A stretch of DNA of 64,000 nucleotides from the NCBI GenBank assembly GCA_965203355.1, contig OZ241889.1, forward strand, positions 2,144,001-2,208,000, written 5' to 3'. Each line of letters starts with the position of its first letter. Position 1 is the stretch's first letter. A program made the translations under genes and the position numbers. The notes under the pieces are model-generated. The model was not told the origin of the DNA, ran no database searches, and was given only the letters and a program-made list of their open reading frames with translations. This DNA is from Candidatus Latescibacterota bacterium (GTDB taxonomy: Bacteria > Latescibacterota > UBA2968 > UBA8231). Positions 38,260 through 46,410 of the stretch are shown piece by piece.

Positions 38260-38314
38260 ATGGGGTTTGGGTTCCTATTTTTGTTTTTTCTTCTGATTTT
38301 TAGCTGCTGACAAC
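38260..38314 (+). pseudogene. Orphan relic of a kinase-3-type C-terminal TM tail
   Basis: Reads MGFGFLFLFFLLIFSC* followed by CAAC; kinase 3 ends MCGMLFLFLIGLIILVNSC* followed by CAAC. CTATTTTTGTTTTT and TGCTGACAAC are shared. Confidence 0.55.
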
Positions 38315-38323
38315 GGAGAGGTT

Positions 38324-39961
38324 ATGAACAAACAATACCTATCTTTCATCGTGCATTTCGCAATAGCTTGGTTCCTTTGCATAAGCCCCGTCTCGGCGCA
38401 AATAAGTGTCGATGTTGTTTCTGAAAGCATCGTGCGGGTTCGCGCTTATGACGATCACAAAATCGCGGTTGAAGGGAGCGGGTTTGTCGTCAACGAAGCG
38501 GGCTACGTGCTGACGAATGCCCATCTTATAGCCAAGGCCGAGGGATTGACCGTGTTCTCTCTGAATACCGGGGCCGAACTCGTGGCGCAGCGGGTGTTCA
38601 CTAGCCGCGACATGAACTTGGCCCTGCTGCGCGTACAGGGCTTGAATTTGCCGTCCCTCAGTTTATCTGAGCAAGGGGCCGATGTAGGCCGGGTCGTGCA
38701 GACGCTGCGGTTTGAAGGTCCGAAGGATGTGCGGCTTACTCGCGGAACGATTGGCACATACCAAGCTGTCTTTGGCAAGAAAGCTAGCCGTCCTGTGGCA
38801 CGTTTGCTCCAACACAATGCCTTGATAACGGCCCAAGACTTTGGCATGCCCTTGTTCAATGAGTGTGGGGATGTCGTCGCCATCAATCTGCCAGATGCGA
38901 ATAGCGGCTCGTGGCCGTTTCGGAAAGCTAAGCCCAAAGGTACCATTTTTGCGCTGCGGAGCGGTGACATAATAACTGTGCTCAAAGAGCGAGAGATCGC
39001 ACATACAGTGGTTGAAGCAGAATGCCTGAGTGCTGTTGAACGTGCTGAACGCGATAGAAAAGCCGCCGCCGATAGCCTCAAGGTGGTTCAGGCTAAAGCC
39101 GACTCGGCAAGTAAAGCCGCAGAACAGGCTCAGGCTAAAGCCGACTCGGTAAGCAAAGCCGCAGAAAAGGCGCAGGCCAAAGAGAAGATCAATCGGCGCG
39201 CCGCAGAACAGGCGAGAGCGCGGTCTGATTCGGCCAGTAAGGCAGTCGCCGACAGTCTCAAGATGGCACAAGCCAAAGCCGACAGTCTCAAGGTGGCGAA
39301 AGCGCAGGCCGATTCCGCAAAGAAAGCAGTGGCCGACAGCCTCAAGATGGCACAAGCCAAGGCCGACAGTCTGAAGATGGCGAAAGCGCAGGCCGATTCG
39401 GCCAGTAAGGCGGTCGCCGACAGCCTCAAAACTATGGAAGAGAAGGCCGCGCAACGGTTGAAGTGGGGCCTTCTCGCCGGGGCGGGACTAGTTTTGCTCG
39501 CACTCCTCGGTTGGTGGCTTTCCTCGCGGCGCAAAAAGGAGCAATTACAGAGTGCCGAATCCCGCGTGAGCGAAGCCGAACAAACGGCCGAAGTAGCGCG
39601 TCAAGCCGCGGCGAACGCACCACAACCCGCGCCTTTTAGATGTCTATTGGAAGGTCGAGACAGCACCGACCGGCCCTTCGCATTGACCGTATCGGCATTG
39701 GCATTGGGTGATCGGGCTGGTGTGACGCTCGGAAGAAGCCCGGCCAATGCCGAATTTATCATTGACCACGAAGAAGTCTCCCGTGAACACGTCCGGCTTA
39801 CGTGCGTTGACGGCGAACTCTACGCAGAGGATTTGGATGCTCTAAATGGCACCAAGGTTAATGGTCGTCTGCTCAATCCCCGCGAACAGGTGCTATTGCA
39901 AAACAATGATCGGCTGGAGATCGGGCCGGTTGTTTTTGTCGTGCGTTTAGTTCAGGAGTGA
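38324..39961 (+). CDS. Inactive trypsin-like pseudoprotease-stalk-TM-FHA protein
   Basis: Signal peptide; GSGFVV, LTNAH; DLA replaced by NLA and GNSGGP replaced by QDFGMP; ADS repeats; TM; FHA (LGRS, VSREH, NGTKVNG). Confidence 0.85.
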   Translation: MNKQYLSFIVHFAIAWFLCISPVSAQISVDVVSESIVRVRAYDDHKIAVEGSGFVVNEAGYVLTNAHLIAKAEGLTVFSLNTGAELVAQRVFTSRDMNLALLRVQGLNLPSLSLSEQGADVGRVVQTLRFEGPKDVRLTRGTIGTYQAVFGKKASRPVARLLQHNALITAQDFGMPLFNECGDVVAINLPDANSGSWPFRKAKPKGTIFALRSGDIITVLKEREIAHTVVEAECLSAVERAERDRKAAADSLKVVQAKADSASKAAEQAQAKADSVSKAAEKAQAKEKINRRAAEQARARSDSASKAVADSLKMAQAKADSLKVAKAQADSAKKAVADSLKMAQAKADSLKMAKAQADSASKAVADSLKTMEEKAAQRLKWGLLAGAGLVLLALLGWWLSSRRKKEQLQSAESRVSEAEQTAEVARQAAANAPQPAPFRCLLEGRDSTDRPFALTVSALALGDRAGVTLGRSPANAEFIIDHEEVSREHVRLTCVDGELYAEDLDALNGTKVNGRLLNPREQVLLQNNDRLEIGPVVFVVRLVQE

Positions 39962-39964
39962 ACA

Positions 39965-41305
39965 TTGCATCGCTCCAGACGCTGGCGTCTCGTCTTTTTT
40001 TTGTGCGTACTTCTGCTGCCGTGTCGCGCTGTTGCCGCACCAGACTTTGCCGCGCTTGAAAAGAGTGTGGTACGCATTATAAGGCAGACCGACCAAGGGC
40101 TTGGTGCTGGTACTGGATTTGCCATAAATGATCAAGGCTATATTGCGACCAATATCCACGTCATAGCCGACGCCAACTCGATCAAAGTCATTCCAACAAA
40201 CTCCAACGAGCTATACGATGTGGAAGTAGTCGCCATGTCCGAGGAGCTCGACCTCGCAATCGTCTATATCCCAGATATAACCTTGCCGCCGATCACGCTT
40301 TCACTCGCACCAGCCACAAAAGGGCAGAAGGTGTGGTCCATAGGCTATCCCGGTGGTGCGGACCGGAACAGACCGGCTTACGATCCGACCGTGCAAGACG
40401 GCGTCATTGGGAGGATTTTTGCCGGAGCATGGCATACGCAAGAGCTCGCGATTATTCAGCACAATGCGCCGACTAACCCGGGCAACAGCGGCGGTCCTTT
40501 ACTAGATGATTGTAACCGGGCAATCGGCGTTAATACGCAGGCGTCTCTCGTCGTCATTACCAGTCCAGCTAGCGGGGTGACGCGGGTGCCCCACGCAGCG
40601 GGCATTTACTGGTCTTCGCATATAAAGGAATTGGCGAACCTATTAGACGACTACGGCATTGCTTTTCAATCGGAGAGCGACGATTGTGTGGCGGCGAGCG
40701 GTACGGGGAGTTCTGGCGGGGCAAAAAAGGCCCAGCGCGAAGCGGAGAAAGCACGACGCGAGGCCGAACAAGCGCGAGTGCAAGCAGAAGAAGCAAGCGA
40801 TCGATTTTTCTTCTGGCTTCTGTTGTTGGGCAGTGTGGCCTTGGCGGCCTTGGTTGTTGCCTTAAAGAAGCCGCGCCAGTTCGCTCAGCAGACCTTGGAA
40901 AAGCCACGCCAGCTCGTCCAACAGATGAGTCGGCGCGTAACCCAAAAAGAAGAGATAGAAGCCATTGCAAAAGGCCCAAGTCGCGGCCTCGTGCTGGCCG
41001 GTTTTGACGGTGGCGGCAATCGCGTCTGCATTGAGTTGTCGCCCGCCCGGTTTGTCGGTCAGCGATTAGGGCTTTCGCTCGGCAGGCATCCCGATTTGGT
41101 GGATGAAATCGTCGCGGATAAAAATGTATCCCGCCGGCATCTGCGGATTGCAGCCGATGGGGATCAATTTTACGTCGAAGATTTGAATTCCAGCAATGGG
41201 ACGTTGCTGAATGAGCAGCGTTTGTCGCCCTTTAAGCCAATGAGGTTGGACTATGGGGCCAAAGTCGCGCTGGGCGATTTGGTGCTCGTGGCGTCCAAAC
41301 TTTAG
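39965..41305 (+). CDS. Trypsin-like serine protease-TM-FHA protein
   Basis: Signal peptide; triad ATNIH, LDLAI, PGNSGGP; TM FFFWLLLLGSVALAALVVAL; FHA (LGRH, VSRRH, SSNGT). Confidence 0.88.
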   Translation: MHRSRRWRLVFFLCVLLLPCRAVAAPDFAALEKSVVRIIRQTDQGLGAGTGFAINDQGYIATNIHVIADANSIKVIPTNSNELYDVEVVAMSEELDLAIVYIPDITLPPITLSLAPATKGQKVWSIGYPGGADRNRPAYDPTVQDGVIGRIFAGAWHTQELAIIQHNAPTNPGNSGGPLLDDCNRAIGVNTQASLVVITSPASGVTRVPHAAGIYWSSHIKELANLLDDYGIAFQSESDDCVAASGTGSSGGAKKAQREAEKARREAEQARVQAEEASDRFFFWLLLLGSVALAALVVALKKPRQFAQQTLEKPRQLVQQMSRRVTQKEEIEAIAKGPSRGLVLAGFDGGGNRVCIELSPARFVGQRLGLSLGRHPDLVDEIVADKNVSRRHLRIAADGDQFYVEDLNSSNGTLLNEQRLSPFKPMRLDYGAKVALGDLVLVASKL

Positions 41306-41319
41306 CTAGGGTATTGAGC

Positions 41320-42207
41320 ATGAAAAAACGCAGCCGAGAGGTCAGCATCTTTAGTATGTCTGCGCTTGATCTGTTCGCATCGGCTCTTGGTGCTTTTATA
41401 CTCATTACCATAGTACTACTGCCCTTTTTCCCGAATCTGAACATAGCGGAACGAGAGAAAGCTGAGTTGGAGCAGGCAAAGGCTCAGTTGGCGCAAGCGG
41501 AGGCCAAATTGGAGCGGGCCGAGGCCAAACTAGAACGGGAAAAGGCCAAATTGGAGCGGGAAAAAGCCAAGCTGGAGCAGGCAAAGGCCAAAGCGCCTAA
41601 AACAAAAAGTCAGCTTGTAAAACGGGTGGAGGCTTTGCAACGGGAGATAGACGACACCACTGTTTTGTTGGGCATTAAGACGAAGGCGAAGAAGTTCGCG
41701 TTCGTCATAGATATGTCGGGCAGTATTTATCAGCGTGGACAGCAAGATTATCGCCAGTTCATAACGTTGTCCATACAAGACATGCTCGCTGCTTTTAAGT
41801 CGGAAATAGCAGTCTGTCTCATTGGTTTTCAAGGCTCAAATCAGTTGCACTATTGGCCTCAAAGTAGAGGCTACTTTCAAGTGAAGAAGAATACGCGCGA
41901 TCGCGTTATGGGACAGGTGAGCGACTGGATGAAATCGGTGGGTGGCGGTACGCCCACACTCGCAGCCTTGCTGGCGGCGATTGCATTGCGCCCCGAAGAA
42001 ATCATCCTATTGAGTGATGGTGCGCCCTCAGAACCCTCAGAAGATTGGCGCATGGTCGTGCGGGCTGTAACGAATAAAAATAGGCAAAAAATACCCATAC
42101 ACGCCGTAGCCGTTGGCAATTACGTGTCAGACCGAAAATTCATTGATTTTCTAGTGGAGCTAACAGAACGGAACAATGGGTATGTCGTGGGAGCCAAGCC
42201 GGGTTGA
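41320..42207 (+). CDS. MotB/ExbD-like Asp-containing TM anchor + coiled coil + vWA domain
   Basis: REVSIFSMSALDLFASALGAFIL; heptad AKLER repeats; MIDAS FVIDMSGS, GGTPT, LLSDGAP. Confidence 0.8.
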   Translation: MKKRSREVSIFSMSALDLFASALGAFILITIVLLPFFPNLNIAEREKAELEQAKAQLAQAEAKLERAEAKLEREKAKLEREKAKLEQAKAKAPKTKSQLVKRVEALQREIDDTTVLLGIKTKAKKFAFVIDMSGSIYQRGQQDYRQFITLSIQDMLAAFKSEIAVCLIGFQGSNQLHYWPQSRGYFQVKKNTRDRVMGQVSDWMKSVGGGTPTLAALLAAIALRPEEIILLSDGAPSEPSEDWRMVVRAVTNKNRQKIPIHAVAVGNYVSDRKFIDFLVELTERNNGYVVGAKPG

Positions 42208-42208
42208 C

Positions 42209-42577
42209 ATGAACAAGTCGAGATTTTTGGTATATCGAATTGGTCGTGGCTCAGGCGTGGACATCCAGATTGACCATGCTTCGGTCTCTCGTATTCACGC
42301 CGAACTCATTGCGATGCAAAGCGGCTCTTACTACCTGACCGATTGCGCCAGCAGCCGAGGTAGTTATGTTGCGCGGAACGGCGAGTGGAGACGTATCCGG
42401 CAAGAATCTATAAGCGCGACAGACGCGATTTTACTCGGTCATTATCAGACGACCGCACCCGCACTTATCGCCATGGCCGCGCCGAGGGAATGCCGTTCAG
42501 AAGAGGGTGCATCCCGGCCCCAGGGACCAGTGCGGCGCAACGCAGATACGGGTGAGATCATTGGCGAGGAGGATTGA
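42209..42577 (+). CDS. FHA-domain protein
   Basis: YRIGRG...SVSRIHAEL...LTDCASSRGSYV. Confidence 0.85.
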   Translation: MNKSRFLVYRIGRGSGVDIQIDHASVSRIHAELIAMQSGSYYLTDCASSRGSYVARNGEWRRIRQESISATDAILLGHYQTTAPALIAMAAPRECRSEEGASRPQGPVRRNADTGEIIGEED

Positions 42578-42578
42578 C

Positions 42579-43364
42579 ATGGCAAAAGGGCAAGGGGTAG
42601 AGCTGGAACAACGCCTAAAAGCGAGCGGCATTAGTCTGTTAGGAGGCATCATATCCATAGCGATTATGAGTCTAATTTTCGCGGATCCCGATTCCGCGGC
42701 CGGTGCTTTCTTGCTAGATCGTCACACGGAAAATTTTCCCTATCCGTTTACGATCCAAAACGTCATGTGGCTCATGTTTTGGGTCGGCTGCGGTGAACTC
42801 TGGGTGCGGTTTAACCAAGCCAAGCTGGAAATGGAGCAGGTGTCAAAACGCTATCTGCCGGAGGACGATGAGGTCATGTTGCGGGCGCGGGATTTGGGTT
42901 CCTTTTATCAAAAGGTGCGGCCTATGGCCGAGAAGCCAACCTTTTATTTGCAGCGTCTGATCATGCGCTGTATTCTACAATTTCAGGGCAGCCATTCCGT
43001 GGACCAAGCCAATTCGCTGTTGAACTCGTCCCTCGAATTATTTCAGCACGAGCTCGAACTCAAATACGCGATGTTGCGCTATCTCGTATGGCTGATACCC
43101 ACGTTGGGTTTTATCGGCACTGTGGTGGGCATCGCGTTTGCCTTGGATTATGCCGCCAACATTGAAGACCCACGGGATCCGACCTTGCTGGCCGGGATCA
43201 CAGGTCGGCTGGGCGTAGCATTTTACACGACCTTGCTGGCGTTGGTCCAATCGGCCCTGCTGGTGTTTGCGCTGCACATTGCACAGAGCCGGGAAGAGAT
43301 GGCGCTAAACCAATCCGGCCAGTACTGTTTGGACAACTTAATCAATCGGCTTTACGAGAAGTAG
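42579..43364 (+). CDS. MotA/TolQ/ExbB proton-channel family protein
   Basis: LIPTLGFIGTVVGIAFAL and RLGVAFYTTLLAL; GAGGAGG RBS. Confidence 0.88.
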   Translation: MAKGQGVELEQRLKASGISLLGGIISIAIMSLIFADPDSAAGAFLLDRHTENFPYPFTIQNVMWLMFWVGCGELWVRFNQAKLEMEQVSKRYLPEDDEVMLRARDLGSFYQKVRPMAEKPTFYLQRLIMRCILQFQGSHSVDQANSLLNSSLELFQHELELKYAMLRYLVWLIPTLGFIGTVVGIAFALDYAANIEDPRDPTLLAGITGRLGVAFYTTLLALVQSALLVFALHIAQSREEMALNQSGQYCLDNLINRLYEK

Positions 43365-43416
43365 CTGTGGGTGAGACGCCTGTACAGCCGGTATAACCCA
43401 AAGATAGGAGGGCACC

Positions 43417-44070
43417 ATGCCTGTTTATCGCGGCCCCGACGGAAAAATCATTGAGGAGAAGACCGCTAAGCGGAAAGAGGAGACCAAACGAACAGACCTA
43501 GCCAACAGGCCGTTGCCGCCGGCACCACAAGGCAGCGAGCAACCGGCTGGTGCCGGGCGTTTAGATGCGCCCACGCAGCGGATGGGTGAAAACCGCGCTC
43601 CGGCCAGTGTCGGCGCGGAGGAGCGGACGCGCTTGGTGGGTGGACGGCGGCGGCAAGAAGATGAGGAGCGGCGGCAAGAGCGCGCCGAAGAAGATCGCGG
43701 CATGGATGATCCGGTTGTAGGATGGTTGGTGATCGTTGAGGGGCCGGGAAAAGGGCGGGCCGTGCAGTTGGGTTATGGTTCCAATCCGCTCGGCCGCGGT
43801 GCAACCGATCGCATCAAGCTGGATTTTGGCGACGATCAGATTTCGCGCAGTGGTCATGCCGTTATTACGTACGATCCACGCGGCCGAAAGTTTTACGTGC
43901 AGCACGGCGGTGGCACCAACCTGACGTATCTCGGCGACCAGCCCGTGCTCACGCCGACTGAGTTGCCGGCGCTGAGTCACATCAACGTCGGTAATACGGT
44001 TCTTCGTTTCGTACCGCTGTGCGGTGCCGAGTTTGATTGGCAAGAGCCAGAAGGTAGTGAAGCGCGATGA
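43417..44070 (+). CDS. FHA-domain protein with disordered Thr-containing N-terminus
   Basis: PVVGWLVIVEGPGKG...LGRG...ISRSGHAVITYDP...GTNLTYL. Confidence 0.85.
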   Translation: MPVYRGPDGKIIEEKTAKRKEETKRTDLANRPLPPAPQGSEQPAGAGRLDAPTQRMGENRAPASVGAEERTRLVGGRRRQEDEERRQERAEEDRGMDDPVVGWLVIVEGPGKGRAVQLGYGSNPLGRGATDRIKLDFGDDQISRSGHAVITYDPRGRKFYVQHGGGTNLTYLGDQPVLTPTELPALSHINVGNTVLRFVPLCGAEFDWQEPEGSEAR

Positions 44071-45164
44071 ACGAACTAGACGGACGCTTTGCCGCGCGGC
44101 AAATTCCCGGCAAACGGGAGTATCAAGAGGATGATTACGGCCTGCTGGACGGGCGCGACCTCGGCCTGGATGGCAGCGAGCACACCATGTTGTTGGTGGC
44201 CGATGGCATGGGCGGTCACGTGGGCGGCGCGACGGCTAGCGGCCTTTTGAGTAAGACCTTTGTCGAGGCGTATCCGCTGGCATCCGGGCCCATTGTCGAT
44301 CGGCTCAGGGATTGTCTCGAAGGGGCGAATAAAGCCATCGCCGATGCTATTACCAAAAATCCCGAACTCGACAGCATGGGTTCGACCTTGGTCGCGGCGG
44401 TTGTTTCAAGCGAAGGGCTGAACTGGATCAGCGTGGGCGACTCGCCGTTGTGGTTGTTCCGCGAGGGGCAATTGGAGCGTTTGAATGCAGACCACTCTAT
44501 GGCTCCGGTTCTGGCGGATCTCGTGGCAACCGGGCGTATGACCGCAGAGGAAGCGGCTCTGGATCCGCGGCGGCATTCGCTGCGGTCGGCGGTCATGGGC
44601 GATGACATACATTTGGTTGACGTGTCGTCGCAGCCGGTAGCTGTAAAGCAGGATGACCGGCTGCTATTGGCGAGTGATGGTTTGATGACCCTCAGCGAGC
44701 AAGAGATTGCCGCTATTCTAAAGGAAACGCAAGACGCGTCGTTGGAGGATAGTGCTGCGGCCCTCATCCAAGCAGTGGAAACTGCCGAACAGCCCCACCA
44801 AGACAATACGACTGTCTTGTTGTACGCGCCGGCCGTGGGGACGAAATCGGCGGCGGCTGTTGACGAGAGAGAAGCTGCTCAGGACAAGCCGCGATCAGGC
44901 CGAAAACGCTGGGGCAGACTGTTAGGGATGTTACTATGCGTTGTTGTCTTATGGGGGGTGCTTTATTGGCTTAGGCAGGGCGAAGATGTGGCTGAAGATG
45001 TGGCTGTTGAGCCGCCAGCGGCAACGTCTGATGTTCAACGATCAATAGGAGCCGACGCCAAAGAGAATGCCCCGGCTTCTCAGGAGGAGGTGACAAGAGA
45101 CAGCATGCGTGTGGGCGAGAAAGTCGAACTTAACGAGCCACAAGAAGGAACAAGCTATGAGTGA
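44067..45164 (+). CDS. PP2C/PPM Ser/Thr phosphatase with C-terminal TM
   Basis: REYQED, VADGMGGH, VGDS, ASDGL, DNTT; TM LLGMLLCVVVLWGVLYWL. Confidence 0.92.
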   Translation: MNELDGRFAARQIPGKREYQEDDYGLLDGRDLGLDGSEHTMLLVADGMGGHVGGATASGLLSKTFVEAYPLASGPIVDRLRDCLEGANKAIADAITKNPELDSMGSTLVAAVVSSEGLNWISVGDSPLWLFREGQLERLNADHSMAPVLADLVATGRMTAEEAALDPRRHSLRSAVMGDDIHLVDVSSQPVAVKQDDRLLLASDGLMTLSEQEIAAILKETQDASLEDSAAALIQAVETAEQPHQDNTTVLLYAPAVGTKSAAAVDEREAAQDKPRSGRKRWGRLLGMLLCVVVLWGVLYWLRQGEDVAEDVAVEPPAATSDVQRSIGADAKENAPASQEEVTRDSMRVGEKVELNEPQEGTSYE

Positions 45165-46239
45165 GGAACAGCATCGCTTGGCGTTGCCCCAAGGGACGCG
45201 CATACGGGATTTTGAGTTTCATCGGGTCCTTGGCCACGGCGGTTTTGGCATCACCTATCTGGGGTGGAACGTCACGTTGGATATTCCCGTGGCGATCAAG
45301 GAGTATCTGCCGGCCGACTTGGCGACCCGGGAACAAGACCTGTCGGTTGTGCCCCAGACGTCGCAGGCGGCGGCGGATTTTCAATGGGGTTTGGATCGGT
45401 TCTTGGACGAGGCGCGGACGCTGGCGTGCTTTCAGCATCCCAGTATCGTCCGTGTGCATCACTTTTTTGCGGCGCATAGCACGGCTTACATTGTGATGGA
45501 CTATGTGGAAGGGGAGGACTTGTCGGCGTATCTGACGCGCAAAGGGACGCTGACCGAAGCCGAACTCAAGGCAATTCTATATCCGCTTTTGGACGGTTTG
45601 GCGGTCGTGCATGGCGCGGATTTTCTGCATCGTGACATCAAGCCGGGCAACATCGTCCTGCGGGATTCGGATGGCTCGCCGGTGCTGTTGGATTTTGGCG
45701 CGGCGCGTCAGGCGATCGGGGCTAAGAGTCGTTCGGTTACGTCTATCGTAACGCCGGGGTATGCGCCGATAGAGCAGTATTCGAGTCGGGGTCGTCAGGG
45801 TGCTTGGACGGACATTTATGCGTTGGGTGGGGTGTGCTATCGGGCGTTGACGGGAGATGTGCCGGCGGATGCGACGGATCGGGTTCGTCATGATCCGCTG
45901 GTTGCGGTCTCGCAGCGGTGTGCGGGGCGTGCGAGTGCTGGGTTTCTTTCGGCGGTTGATGAGGCGTTGTCGGTGGATGAGGGGGATCGTCCGCAGAGTA
46001 TTGTGGCGTGGCGGACAGCGTTGGGGGCGGAAGGGGTGGCAGGAAAGAGGCGGGAGACAGGAGGTGCCTCAGACGTGCAGCGTAAGGAGTCACGGCCGCG
46101 TCCTAGTGAGCCGGTTGTGAGAGCTGAACGGTCTGGCAATAAAGAAGAGGAAAGGGGTTGTATTGATAAAGGTCTTAGGATGTGTGGGATGCTATTTTTG
46201 TTTTTGATCGGCCTTATTATTTTGGTCAATAGTTGCTGA
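45157..46239 (+). CDS. Ser/Thr kinase 3 with a single C-terminal TM anchor
   Basis: Intact kinase motifs; ends in a hydrophobic tail with no ectodomain. Confidence 0.9.
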   Translation: MSEEQHRLALPQGTRIRDFEFHRVLGHGGFGITYLGWNVTLDIPVAIKEYLPADLATREQDLSVVPQTSQAAADFQWGLDRFLDEARTLACFQHPSIVRVHHFFAAHSTAYIVMDYVEGEDLSAYLTRKGTLTEAELKAILYPLLDGLAVVHGADFLHRDIKPGNIVLRDSDGSPVLLDFGAARQAIGAKSRSVTSIVTPGYAPIEQYSSRGRQGAWTDIYALGGVCYRALTGDVPADATDRVRHDPLVAVSQRCAGRASAGFLSAVDEALSVDEGDRPQSIVAWRTALGAEGVAGKRRETGGASDVQRKESRPRPSEPVVRAERSGNKEEERGCIDKGLRMCGMLFLFLIGLIILVNSC

Positions 46240-46260
46240 CAACCTCCCCGAACTTTTACA

Positions 46261-46354
46261 GAGAGGTTATGGACAAACAACACCTATCTTTAATCGTGCA
46301 TTTCACAGTGGCTTGATTCCTTTGCACAAGTCCCGTCTCGGTGTAAGAAGTCGA
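46261..46354 (+). pseudogene. Decayed copy of the RBS and 5' end of the pseudoprotease-FHA gene (38316-38412)
   Basis: GAGAGGTTATG...MDKQHLSLIVHFTVA*FLCTSPVSV* versus MNKQYLSFIVHFAIAWFLCISPVSAQ; TGG>TGA and CAA>TAA stops. Confidence 0.85.
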
Positions 46355-46410
46355 CCTTGTTTGATGAAATGGAATCACGCGCCAGCCATTACTCGCAAAA
46401 AGGAGAAGCT

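Noticed and set aside
34579-46239. Diversity-generating retroelement behind the near-identical kinase and ankyrin copies
   Set aside because: No reverse transcriptase in the window, differences are not adenine-specific, and all copies are coding.
38324-46239. Type VI secretion regulatory module (PpkA/PppA/Fha)
   Set aside because: No tss structural, hcp or vgrG genes in the window, and the architectures (trypsin-TM-FHA, MotA-like) do not match.
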